From: Flavobacteriales bacterium
GTDB lineage: Bacteria; Bacteroidota; Bacteroidia; Palsa-965
Assembly (NCBI GenBank): GCA_040377305.1
Contig: JBEIPA010000001.1
Location: 64,001 to 128,000 of the forward strand
Direction of reading: 5' to 3'
Length of the DNA: 64,000 nt
Below, piece after piece: positions 50,071 to 59,795 of this stretch. Position numbers and translations under genes: made by a program. Position 1 is the stretch's first letter, and every line of letters starts with the position of its first letter. The notes beneath the pieces are model-generated. The model saw only the letters and a list, made by a program, of their open reading frames with translations, did not search any database and was not told where the DNA came from.

Positions 50071-51045
50071 CTACCAGCCGAGTATCCACGCAAAAATCAA
50101 CGGTGCGCATATCGTAGCATCACTCTCCACAATAAATTTCGGAGTGTTGATGTCAAGTTTACCCCATGTAATTTTTTCATTCGGAACAGCTCCCGAATAG
50201 GAACCGTATGAAGTTGTTGAATCAGAAATCTGACAGAAGTAAGACCAGAACGGAACATCATGCCATTCCAAATCCTGATACATCATTGGTACCACACAGA
50301 TTGGAAAATCTCCAGCGATACCACCACCAATCTGGAAGAAGCCTACGCCTTTACCCGACGAATTCTTGCGGTACCAATCGCTCAGCCATACCATGTAGTC
50401 AATACCACTTTTCATGGTGGTTGATTTCAAGTCATTCTTGATACAATATGATGCGAAGATGTTGCCCATTGTAGAATCTTCCCATCCCGGAACGATGATT
50501 GGCAGATTTTTTTCAGCAGCTGCAATCATCCAAGAATTTTTAGGATCGATTTCGTAATACTGTTCAAGTACTCCGCTCTTAATCATCTTATACATGAACT
50601 CGTGCGGGAAATAACGCTCGCCCTTTGTATCAGCATCCTTCCACAATGCGTAAATGTGCTTCTGTAAACGGCGGAATGCTTCTTCTTCAGGAATGCATGT
50701 ATCAGTAACACGATTCATTCCCTTCTCAAGAAGATCCCATTCGTCCTGCGGAGTGAGATCGCGATAATTCGGAATGCGACGATAATGCGAATGCGCAACA
50801 AGATTCATCAAGTCTTCTTCAAGGTTTGCCCCTGTGCAGGAAATGATTGCAATTTTATCCTGGCGAATCATTTCTGCCAAGGAGACCCCGAGCTCTGCAG
50901 TACTCATTGCACCGGCCAATGAAACCAACATTTTTCCTCCTTCGAGCAAATGTGTTTCATATCCTATCGCCGCATCTTTCAATGCCGCAGCATTAAAGTG
51001 ACGATAATGGTGATCGATAAACTGGGAGACTGGACCTTTATTCAT
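50071..51045 (-). CDS. deoxyhypusine-synthase-like protein (likely polyamine/homospermidine synthesis)
   Basis: LAGAMS, TGANLEED, NRVTD, GGG, GSYSGA.PNEKITWGK, ESDATI. Confidence 0.93.
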   Translation of the reverse strand: MNKGPVSQFIDHHYRHFNAAALKDAAIGYETHLLEGGKMLVSLAGAMSTAELGVSLAEMIRQDKIAIISCTGANLEEDLMNLVAHSHYRRIPNYRDLTPQDEWDLLEKGMNRVTDTCIPEEEAFRRLQKHIYALWKDADTKGERYFPHEFMYKMIKSGVLEQYYEIDPKNSWMIAAAEKNLPIIVPGWEDSTMGNIFASYCIKNDLKSTTMKSGIDYMVWLSDWYRKNSSGKGVGFFQIGGGIAGDFPICVVPMMYQDLEWHDVPFWSYFCQISDSTTSYGSYSGAVPNEKITWGKLDINTPKFIVESDATICAPLIFAWILGW

Positions 51046-51207
51046 TGCTGTGATTGTTAAAATTCAGCGCAAATGTATGTAATAAGTAGACAAGGTTTTA
51101 AGTCACTAACTATGCAAGTCAAATACCGTTCTGGCTTGCCCACTTAATTACTTCACTACTTAAGTACTTCTCACTAACTTCGCAATGCTTTATAAGTCCA
51201 CCCCCAG

Positions 51208-51411
51208 ATGAAAAAAGGCGTAGTGAAATTTTACAACCGCAAGAGCAAATTCGGCTTTATCCGCGATTCAGAAACCGGGACGGAATATTATGTTCATGGG
51301 AAAGACATTGCTGGACAAGTGGAAGAAGGCGATGTGGTAACCTTCGAGCTCAAAGAAGAAAAAAGAGGCCCCGCTGCGTGTAACGTAAATCCGGAAAAAA
51401 CCGAAGGATAA
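51208..51411 (+). CDS. cold-shock domain protein
   Basis: GVVKFYN, KFGFI, YYVH, GP.A.NV. Confidence 0.93.
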   Translation: MKKGVVKFYNRKSKFGFIRDSETGTEYYVHGKDIAGQVEEGDVVTFELKEEKRGPAACNVNPEKTEG

Positions 51412-51631
51412 TACAAAACGAAGCATTCCACTTTCCAGATTTTTTGTTGACAAAATATTCACCGTTCTGAACGCGTTACCCAAAACGCCGTTTCTGTAAC
51501 GATTTGTTTTTCAGCCGATTATTTGAATCACCCCCAAAGTATTCCCTAAGTTCTTTAGCCAAATACACCGGACGTAACCTCGGTTTAACGATAACATAAA
51601 ATTCCCATTCCGCTCCGGTATATTTTTGCCA

Positions 51632-51639
51632 TACATTTG
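51632..51639 (+). promoter_or_regulatory. -7 promoter box for the lamin-tail/TBDR/nuclease locus
   Basis: TACATTTG matches TAnnTTTG, ~165 bp upstream of the first ATG. Confidence 0.55.
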
Positions 51640-51804
51640 CAACCTGTTCTGAAGTGAACACCCTCAGGAATTGCTTTCTGCAATTGTCCGCAACCGCTTC
51701 AGCACGCATAGTACCCTATAAGGTATATCGTGTTTTAAGTTTGGTTAATAAATACAAATTCATAATAAACCGCTAGCTGTAAAAGGCTGAATCAATTTTT
51801 CGTC

Positions 51805-52731
51805 ATGAAAAAAATTCTACTCACTATTGCTGTTGCTGCTTCTGCACTAACAATGAATGCACAAACTTTCTGTACAGAGCTTTTCTTCTCTGAATATGTT
51901 GAAGGTTCATCTCACAACAAAGCACTGGAAGTGTACAATCCAACCAATGCACCTGTGAATCTTGCGAACTACCGAGTGATACGTTACAGTAATGGATCCG
52001 CAGTTCCGGTTGACAGTTTCGATCTTACCGGTACAATTGCGGCTCATGATGTTTGGGTAGTAACTAACGGACAAGCTACTCCGGATGCGCAGGGCGCTTT
52101 CTGCGATTCTACGTTGAGGTCAATGGCAGATCAGTTGGGACCTGCACCATATGTTGCCGGTACTGCAGTAATGTTTATGAATGGTGATGACGCTCTCGGG
52201 CTTGCACGCATTTCTCCTTACGCGATTGTCGACATCTTCGGTAAAATCGGTGAAGATCCGGGCACGAGTTGGTCGGATGTGTTTCCATATACTGATGCAC
52301 AAGGTGCATGGTGGACACGTGATCATGCATTACAACGCAAACCTTCTGTTACCGGTGGAGTAACTGTAAACCCAACGGCATTTAACGTTACAGCTGAATA
52401 TGACTCACTTCCGGAAGATACCTGGACGAATCTGGGGATTCACAACTGTGTTTGTAACAACGTTGGCATTACAGAAAATAATGCGGGCGATAAAATGTCT
52501 GTTTATCCGAATCCATCAAACGGTGAATTCGTTATCAACACCACTGAAAATATTTCACACATTGAAGTGATCAATGCACTGGGTCAAGTTGTTGTTGTAG
52601 AAGAATTTACTTCTGCCGATCAGCAAACAACCAAGCGTGTTGACCTTACTGGCATGCCGGGCGGCATATACATGGTTCAGGTACAACTTGAAAACGGAGT
52701 TGTGCTTACTTCTAAGATCACTAAACGCTGA
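51805..52731 (+). CDS. T9SS-secreted lamin-tail-domain protein
   Basis: Signal peptide; ELFFSEYVEGSSHNKALEVYNPT, NGDDA; CTD VYPNPS...GIYMV...KITK. Confidence 0.87.
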   Translation: MKKILLTIAVAASALTMNAQTFCTELFFSEYVEGSSHNKALEVYNPTNAPVNLANYRVIRYSNGSAVPVDSFDLTGTIAAHDVWVVTNGQATPDAQGAFCDSTLRSMADQLGPAPYVAGTAVMFMNGDDALGLARISPYAIVDIFGKIGEDPGTSWSDVFPYTDAQGAWWTRDHALQRKPSVTGGVTVNPTAFNVTAEYDSLPEDTWTNLGIHNCVCNNVGITENNAGDKMSVYPNPSNGEFVINTTENISHIEVINALGQVVVVEEFTSADQQTTKRVDLTGMPGGIYMVQVQLENGVVLTSKITKR

Positions 52732-52796
52732 TTTTTGTACCTGCAGATGTATATTCAAAATGCTGACTTTATCGTCAGCATTTTTTTCTGATCACA

Positions 52797-55724
52797 ATGA
52801 AAAACATCATATCATCCGCTTTATTTGTTCTGTTCGCATTCACACTGAATGCGCAGTCAACCGTTTCCGGAAAAGTAACTGACGAGAATACCGGCGAGGC
52901 ACTTGTCGGCGCAATCGTGGTTGCAGATTCGAGCAATAACGTTTCTGTTACTGACATCGATGGCAACTACAAACTCAAACTGAACGACGGAGCACATGCT
53001 TTGCAGGTTCGATACACTGGTTATACGCATACGGCTGTAACCGTGAATGTGTCCAGCAAAGACATGAACGTTGATTTGCCTGTAAAAAGCAACACACTGA
53101 AGGAGGTTCAGATTGTTGCAGACATCGTTATCGACCGTAAAACGCCTGTAGCGGTGAGCAATATCGGGGAACAGAAAATCCGCGAAGAAGCAGCAGGTCG
53201 TGACGTAACCATGTTGCTTAACTCAACTCCTGGTGCGTATGCAACAGAGCAAGGTGGTGGCGCAGGTGATTCCCGTGTTAATGTTCGTGGAGCTGATCAA
53301 CGTAACGTGGGCGTTATGGTTGATGGTGTGCCAATGAACGACATGGAGAACGGACAAGTATATTGGAGCAACTGGTCGGGTTTGATGGACGTAACCCGCA
53401 CAATGCAGGTGCAACGTGGACTTGGTGCATCAAAGCTTGCCATTCCATCTGTGGGTGGTACAATCAACATTCTCACTCGAGGAATAGATCAAAAGAGAAG
53501 TTTCGTTTTCAAATCTGAAATCGGAAACAACAGCCTGCAGAAATATTACGTAGGATTCAATTCCGGCGAATTCGGAAATGGCTGGGGAATTACATTCGCG
53601 GGTTCCCGCCGTACTGCACAAGGCTGGGTTGATCAAACCTGGGATGATCAGTGGGCATATTTCGCGAAAGTTGAAAAGAGAATGGGCAATCACCTCTTCT
53701 CTGTTGGAATGAATGGAGCGCCGCAGTCTCATGGTCAGCGTTTCGATAGAATGCCGGTTGCAGTAATTGATCGCAAATACGCGGAGAGTATTGGTGCCAA
53801 CGTAGATTCTGTTTACGCCCTGAATGGTTACACGACATTATATCAAGGTGATCGTGGCCGGCAGTTCAATCCAAACTGGGGTTACATCGATTATACAGAT
53901 GGTCAAACGGGTAGATTGAATCAGAGTTCCAACTTCTATAATAAACCACTTGCAAATCTTTCCTGGTTCTGGAACCCCAATGAAAAATTCTCTCTTTCAA
54001 CAGTATTGTATTTCTCGCGCGGATATGGCGGAGGAACCAATTTCAATTCCGCGCCGAACCGCGACACAGCAACCGGTCAGTTGAATCTGAATCAGGTGTA
54101 CTCGCTGAATACAACAACCTTCGATGCGCTGTATAGCACAACGGAACACAAATCAACGCGCGCACTTCTCGCCTCGATGAACAATCATATTTGGTTCGGC
54201 GGAATTACAACGGCTCGTCTAAGCGTGAGTGAGAATCTGTCGATGACATTTGGTCTTGATGCCCGCCATTACAAAGGATCGCACTACCGTATGGTTTACG
54301 ATTTAGTCGGCGGAGATTATTTCATTGATAATGCAAATAAGAATCAGCCGAACGGAATAGGGAATCTTCAGTACTCGATGAAGCAACGTGGAGATACAAT
54401 TGGATACTTCAACGATTCCTATGTCGATTGGCAAGGCCTGTTTTATCAAGCCGAATATTCCGAAGGACCGTGGAGCACCTTCCTTACTCTGACAGGTTCG
54501 TTGTCAACTTATCAGCGTGTTGACCATTTCAAAAAACGCGACATCACTTTGGAAGATGGATCGGTTGTGCCAATGGTTGTTGGATACAATGAAGTGTATT
54601 ACACCAATGGAACAGAATCGGCACTTGCAATGAATAATGCAGTTCTCACTTCTTACGGGGACACACTCGTAATTGATAATCCTTCCGGACCGAACGATAC
54701 GATTGTTGGGGCAACCGCGTACGCCTGGAATTCTGACGCGGCATCAACAGCAAGAACAGTGAAGAAAACAATTCCGGGCTTCACGATCAAGACGGGTGCG
54801 AATTACAACCTCACGGAACATTACAACGTATTTGTGAATGTTGGCTTCATGAGCCTTGCACCACGATTCAATCAGGTGTTTGACAACAACAACCGCGTTT
54901 ATCCTGGTGAGGATGATACGTTAATGTCGATCGGTGATGTACATATTCGTTCTATGCCCAGCCGTCAGCAGAAAATTTACTCTGCAGAAATCGGTTTTGG
55001 TGCGCGCTATTCTTCATTTGCTGCGAACCTGAATTTGTACTATACCAATTGGATGAACAAAGCTCCATACAGCACACCTACCACAAGTATTGCAGGTGAT
55101 CCGTACACATATGATCTTACCGGATTGAACACCATTCTGATGGGCGTTGAGTTTGACGCAACCTGGAAACCACTCAAGCAATTGCAGATTGAAGGTTTGT
55201 TTTCAATCGGGAACTGGAAATACAATTCGGCAGGACGTGTGTATTTGTACGATGCAAACTACGTACTTGACGATTCTATCGATTATAGTGCGAAGGGCGT
55301 TCACCTTGGCGATGCTGCTCAAACACAGTTTGGTGGATCTGTTCGCTACGAGCCAATTGAAGGTCTTTACTTTCGTGCGCGATACACCTACTTCGCGAAT
55401 TACTATGCAAGCTTTGATCCGATCATCCTGATTCCATTGTACAACTCGCAAGGAAATCTCGTTGGCGATAATCGCGACCACGATTCATGGAAGCTGCCTT
55501 CATATGGCTTGATTGATCTTTTCGCAGGGTATGAATACAGAGACTTTGTTGTAGGAGAAAAAGACAAACAGATCAAAGTCGCATTCAACTTCGGAATTAC
55601 AAATCTTCTTGACACCAAATACATTTCTGATGCTCAGAACGGTGGTCAATTCGACGTAAACAGCTCACTTGTTTACATGGGATTAGGCCGCAGATGGGTT
55701 GCAGGTCTCAGATTCAGTTTCTAA
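52797..55724 (+). CDS. TonB-dependent receptor (N-terminal carboxypeptidase-regulatory-like domain, plug, barrel)
   Basis: VSGKVTDE.TGE.L.GA, TDIDGNY, VRG...VMVDGVPMND, GGTINI, terminal LRFSF. Confidence 0.93.
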   Translation: MKNIISSALFVLFAFTLNAQSTVSGKVTDENTGEALVGAIVVADSSNNVSVTDIDGNYKLKLNDGAHALQVRYTGYTHTAVTVNVSSKDMNVDLPVKSNTLKEVQIVADIVIDRKTPVAVSNIGEQKIREEAAGRDVTMLLNSTPGAYATEQGGGAGDSRVNVRGADQRNVGVMVDGVPMNDMENGQVYWSNWSGLMDVTRTMQVQRGLGASKLAIPSVGGTINILTRGIDQKRSFVFKSEIGNNSLQKYYVGFNSGEFGNGWGITFAGSRRTAQGWVDQTWDDQWAYFAKVEKRMGNHLFSVGMNGAPQSHGQRFDRMPVAVIDRKYAESIGANVDSVYALNGYTTLYQGDRGRQFNPNWGYIDYTDGQTGRLNQSSNFYNKPLANLSWFWNPNEKFSLSTVLYFSRGYGGGTNFNSAPNRDTATGQLNLNQVYSLNTTTFDALYSTTEHKSTRALLASMNNHIWFGGITTARLSVSENLSMTFGLDARHYKGSHYRMVYDLVGGDYFIDNANKNQPNGIGNLQYSMKQRGDTIGYFNDSYVDWQGLFYQAEYSEGPWSTFLTLTGSLSTYQRVDHFKKRDITLEDGSVVPMVVGYNEVYYTNGTESALAMNNAVLTSYGDTLVIDNPSGPNDTIVGATAYAWNSDAASTARTVKKTIPGFTIKTGANYNLTEHYNVFVNVGFMSLAPRFNQVFDNNNRVYPGEDDTLMSIGDVHIRSMPSRQQKIYSAEIGFGARYSSFAANLNLYYTNWMNKAPYSTPTTSIAGDPYTYDLTGLNTILMGVEFDATWKPLKQLQIEGLFSIGNWKYNSAGRVYLYDANYVLDDSIDYSAKGVHLGDAAQTQFGGSVRYEPIEGLYFRARYTYFANYYASFDPIILIPLYNSQGNLVGDNRDHDSWKLPSYGLIDLFAGYEYRDFVVGEKDKQIKVAFNFGITNLLDTKYISDAQNGGQFDVNSSLVYMGLGRRWVAGLRFSF

Positions 55725-55782
55725 CTTAAACGTCTAATGAAACCGCTTGCGGTTCACGAATACAAAATCGAATACTAAAAAA

Positions 55783-57975
55783 ATGAGTAAAAAATTCATC
55801 ACAGCAATTTGCATGGCATTCACAGTTGCGGTTGCAGCTCAAACTACATTGCCAACATCGTGGAGTTTTGCCACCTCCGTTTATCCCAATGGTTGGACTG
55901 CAGTAGGAACAGGATTCTACACCGGGTCGGGTAATACGCCGCCAGCTTGTCGTTTCGACAACACGGCTGACTATCTTGAAATCTGGTTTGCATCTTCAGC
56001 AGGACCGGTAACGTATTACATCAGCGGGAACAGTTTCTCCGGCGGAACATTTGAAGTACAGGAATCGCCGAACGGAACTGCCTGGACTACGATGCGCACG
56101 TTCACTACGAATATGCCCTCGGCCTACACACAGTTTACGGATAATCCACTTGCCACCACACGTTACGTGCGTTTCTTCTATACCGTAAAACAATCTGGCA
56201 ACGTAGGAGTAGACGATGTTACGATTGCAGCGGCAGCGGCAACGCCGGCTCAGGAAATTGATGTGTTTTACAACACCACTGCACTCATCAGCGGAGGCAC
56301 AATCTGGATGGGTTCCCCGGTTAGCACAACTACTCCATTCGTAGTTGATGTAGAGAATAACGGAACAGTGAACACATTAAATATTGCTTCAGCAGTTCTG
56401 TCTGGAACTAACGCTGCTGATTTCAATGTCACTGCTTTCCCTTCGACCATCGCCGCAAACGGAAACGGACAAATCACTATTGACTTCACTCCATCATCAA
56501 CGGGAACTCGTGTTGCAACTTTAACGATCAACAGTGATGATGCTGATGAGCCTGCATTTGTTGTAAACCTCAATGGTGCGGGTGGAAACTTCGCAACAGA
56601 GCCAGCTTCACCGGCAACTAATATGACTTTCACGAACATCAAGTCGTATCGCTTTCAGATGAATTTTACTGCAGCCTCTGGTTCACCGGATGGATACGTT
56701 GTTCTTCGTCGGGATGATGCCGCAGTAACTGACATTCCTGTTGATGGACAATCATACTTGACTGGAGATATGGTCGGCAACAGTAAAGTTGCTTATGTAG
56801 GAACTGCAACTTCAATATGGGCAAATTACGTTGGCGCATCACAGGATTATTTCTTCGCTGTATTTCCTTACAATGGTCCCGGTGCATTCAGAAATTACCT
56901 CACAGCAAACGCTCTTAGTGGTAACGTAATGTCAGCTGGTTCAATGTTGCCTGGTGGTTACTACAGCAGCGTCAACACATCAGCATCAACTTTCGTAGCT
57001 GATCTAACTGCAGTTACAAATCCACACACAGATAAATTCTACAGCAACTACGGCCCGTACATGATTTCATTGTTTTGGGCACGAGACACCACAGCAGGTC
57101 AGCGAGCAGTAACCTGCGTATACTCTGGTGAAAATCAAATCTACAGTGAGCCTTGGGCTTGGACTATTTTCAGCCGGGAACACACATTCTGTCACAGCTG
57201 GATGCCAACCTACCCTTCATCAACCGGTCCAGAATACAGCGACTACTTCAACCTGTACCCTGCCAACCAGAACGATGCAAACGCTGTCCGTAGTAACTAT
57301 CCTTTGGGAGAAGTTGTAACGACAACATACACCTATCTCGGTTGCAAATACGGACAAGACGCAAATGGTCGCACCGTTTTCGAACCACGTGATGAACAGA
57401 AAGGTGATGCTGCGAGATCCATGTTCTATATGGCTACCTGTTACAACACACAATCCACTAACTGGGGATTACCGAATCCGATTTCAACGAGTATCATGTA
57501 CGGTCAGGATCAAAATCTTCTGAAAGCATGGCATTTTCAGGATTTACCGGACGCACGCGAAATTGCAAAGAACGATTTCCTCGATTCATTGCAAGGCAAC
57601 AGAAATCCGTTCATCGATAGCGTGAACTATGCATGTTATATCGACTTCAACGATATGTCGAAAATCAATGGTCCAATGGTTCCCTGTGCGAACTCTTCAA
57701 TCGGAATTCTTGAAAGCGGATCTTCAGCAGTTGCGATGAACCTCGCACCAAATCCAGGCAACGGTCTGTGTTCACTTACATATAAGACTGATCGCAACGA
57801 GCAGATTCAGATCAACGTGACTGATGTGCTCGGGAAAGTGGTTTACACCCAAACGACACAAGTGACATTGGGATTGAATGCTGTAATGTTGGATTTAGCG
57901 TTCTTGCCTGCGGGGTCGTATTTGGTGCAGGTTAAGGGTGCGTCTGTTTTAACGGACAAACTGATAATTAAGTAA
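55783..57975 (+). CDS. T9SS-secreted endonuclease I-family nuclease with Ig-like domains
   Basis: REH..CHSW, SD..NLYP, N..RSNYP, FEPRDEQKGDAARSMFY, QGNRNPFID; Ig-like segment (DFTPS..G.R.ATLTI.SDD.DE); CTD PNP...GSYLV; start ATG 55783. Confidence 0.9.
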   Translation: MSKKFITAICMAFTVAVAAQTTLPTSWSFATSVYPNGWTAVGTGFYTGSGNTPPACRFDNTADYLEIWFASSAGPVTYYISGNSFSGGTFEVQESPNGTAWTTMRTFTTNMPSAYTQFTDNPLATTRYVRFFYTVKQSGNVGVDDVTIAAAAATPAQEIDVFYNTTALISGGTIWMGSPVSTTTPFVVDVENNGTVNTLNIASAVLSGTNAADFNVTAFPSTIAANGNGQITIDFTPSSTGTRVATLTINSDDADEPAFVVNLNGAGGNFATEPASPATNMTFTNIKSYRFQMNFTAASGSPDGYVVLRRDDAAVTDIPVDGQSYLTGDMVGNSKVAYVGTATSIWANYVGASQDYFFAVFPYNGPGAFRNYLTANALSGNVMSAGSMLPGGYYSSVNTSASTFVADLTAVTNPHTDKFYSNYGPYMISLFWARDTTAGQRAVTCVYSGENQIYSEPWAWTIFSREHTFCHSWMPTYPSSTGPEYSDYFNLYPANQNDANAVRSNYPLGEVVTTTYTYLGCKYGQDANGRTVFEPRDEQKGDAARSMFYMATCYNTQSTNWGLPNPISTSIMYGQDQNLLKAWHFQDLPDAREIAKNDFLDSLQGNRNPFIDSVNYACYIDFNDMSKINGPMVPCANSSIGILESGSSAVAMNLAPNPGNGLCSLTYKTDRNEQIQINVTDVLGKVVYTQTTQVTLGLNAVMLDLAFLPAGSYLVQVKGASVLTDKLIIK

Positions 57976-57992
57976 TTACGAGGTCATAAAGG

Positions 57993-58036
57993 GACCCTTT
58001 GGGGGCGATTAGCCTTCAGAGGGTCTTTTCTTTTTT
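57993..58036 (+). terminator. terminator formed by a REP doublet
   Basis: GACCCTTTGGGGGC-GATTA-GCCTTCAGAGGGTC (14-bp stem with G:U pairs), followed by TTTTCTTTTTT. Confidence 0.8.
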
Positions 58037-58149
58037 GGTCCGTTATGTTGTCAAAACGAACCTAAACAGAATCCGAAACGTGTAGATAATTTGCTCTACC
58101 TTGCTTCGGTAAATACTCTGATAATCAATATATTGAGTCATCCGATTTG

Positions 58150-58163
58150 GACCCTTTGGGGGT
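58150..58163 (+). repeat. REP copy
   Basis: GACCCTTTGGGGGT. Confidence 0.8.
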
Positions 58164-58440
58164 ACATTCTGAATGCGATGGCCCACTTTTCACCGCCCCA
58201 TTCCATTCTTTTACCCCGTTCAAATTCCCCACTTCTGTTAAACTTTCCTTCTCATCCTTTGTCCATAACTAAAACCATTTCCGCTACAGCCCGTATGAAT
58301 ACAGGGTTTCAGCAATTAACACTTCTGTAACCAATTGTTATCAAGACGAATATGTGAACTCTTAAAATTTGCATTTCTAAAATAAGTAGTTATTTTAGCG
58401 CGACATTAAATAAAAATGGACAGTAGTAGTTTACGACGAT

Positions 58441-59640
58441 TTGAAGCTGAACAGACATATCCTTCTGACCGCCCTGCTTTTTTTGGGCTTCACCCTTAGT
58501 GCATTCGCATTCACAGGCACTGCATCCGTAATCATTTTCGAGAGCGATACCGCAGATCCAAAACTTACCATCACTTCCGATACAACCGATCTGGTTGCAT
58601 CTGTTTCTGTTACAAAGCGCGACTCCGGCGAAACTGATCCTCCGGCTAAAACCACGCCTCCTAGCGACTCTACTGCAGAAGATGATGAAGATGTTTTCGC
58701 CAGTGAATTCTACGGCGATTTCGACACCACTGCAGTACATTCTGAGAAATTCGACGTGCTCAGCTTCAACGACTCGGTTCTTATCGTTCTGAATGGTGAA
58801 GGACTTGGAGAATATGTTCACCCGGTGCCGGGACCAAAAACTTCTGCATTCGCATTTAGAAAATACCGTTACCATCTTGGTGTCGACGTGAATCTCGAGA
58901 CTGGCGATTCAGTTGTTTCGTGTTTTGCTGGGAAAGTTCGCATTGCTCAATACAGCAAAACTTACGGCAACCTCGTTGTTGTTCGTCATCCGAATGGTAT
59001 TGAAACGTACTATGCACACTTGTCAAAGCTTTATGTGAATCCAGGACAAGAGGTGGCGGCTGGTGAATGTGTCGGACTCGGCGGTAACACAGGACACTCG
59101 CATGGATCTCACTTGCATTTCGAAACGCGATTCAAAGGACAGCCGTTTGATCCATCAATGATCATTGACTTTGATAACCAGTGTTTGCGTGGCGATACTT
59201 ACTATTTGTCGAAATCGAACTTCAAATACATGGCCGAAGTTCACAAGGTGAAGCATTACTCAAAGAAGAAAAAGAAGACGTGGTACACTTACTACAATGC
59301 AGGTGGACCTGAATACGCAACTGCTGCTGCGAAAGAGAACATGAATAGTGTTCCTGATCCGATTCCTGCAAACGGTATTACCCCGCCTATTCCAACAAAC
59401 GATCCGATTGATCCCAACGCTCCTAAGCCGGAAGTGAAATCTCAAGAAGTGAAGGTTGAACCTAAACCGAAGACCGAGGTTAAACCGAAGTCAACGTCGA
59501 GCTACGTGACCGTGAAGAAGGGCGATACACTTGGTGCTATTGCCGCTCGTAACGGAACAACTGTTGCCAAGCTTTGCAAGCTGAACAACATCAAGTCAAC
59601 ATCTGTTCTGCAGATCGGACAGAAGATTAAGATCAAGTAA
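58441..59640 (+). CDS. M23 peptidase with C-terminal LysM domain
   Basis: HLGVD, YYAHLS, GNTG.S.G.HLHFE; VKKGDTL..IA...LQIGQKI; TTG start. Confidence 0.93.
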   Translation: MKLNRHILLTALLFLGFTLSAFAFTGTASVIIFESDTADPKLTITSDTTDLVASVSVTKRDSGETDPPAKTTPPSDSTAEDDEDVFASEFYGDFDTTAVHSEKFDVLSFNDSVLIVLNGEGLGEYVHPVPGPKTSAFAFRKYRYHLGVDVNLETGDSVVSCFAGKVRIAQYSKTYGNLVVVRHPNGIETYYAHLSKLYVNPGQEVAAGECVGLGGNTGHSHGSHLHFETRFKGQPFDPSMIIDFDNQCLRGDTYYLSKSNFKYMAEVHKVKHYSKKKKKTWYTYYNAGGPEYATAAAKENMNSVPDPIPANGITPPIPTNDPIDPNAPKPEVKSQEVKVEPKPKTEVKPKSTSSYVTVKKGDTLGAIAARNGTTVAKLCKLNNIKSTSVLQIGQKIKIK

Positions 59641-59750
59641 TTTCCTCTCGTTTCTTTTAACTGTGCGATTGCAGGTACGCAGTGAGTGATCACGTGCTGG
59701 CTATGCGCATTCGTTTCGTTTGGATAGCAGGTCTATGAAGTACCTCTACG

Positions 59751-59790
59751 TCATCCTATCATCCTATTATCCCATCATTGCACCATCAAC
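59751..59790. repeat. degenerate 8-bp tandem repeat
   Basis: TCATCCTA TCATCCTA TTATCCCA TCATTGCA CCATCAAC next to a stop codon. Confidence 0.5.
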
Positions 59791-59795
59791 AAGCA

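Noticed and set aside
50071-51045. Eukaryote-like hypusination pathway
   Set aside because: DHS-like genes are common in Bacteroidota and linked to polyamine synthesis; no eIF5A/EF-P or hydroxylase gene adjacent.
44411-51045. Eukaryote-derived gene island (ACE-like, TMTC-like, AGMO-like and DHS-like genes together)
   Set aside because: Each family is known in Bacteroidota; the genes have mixed orientation and separate promoters, and no compositional anomaly was evident by eye.
58091-58330. 79-aa ORF between the nuclease and M23 genes
   Set aside because: TTG start, crosses a REP, no motifs; likely non-coding intergenic DNA.
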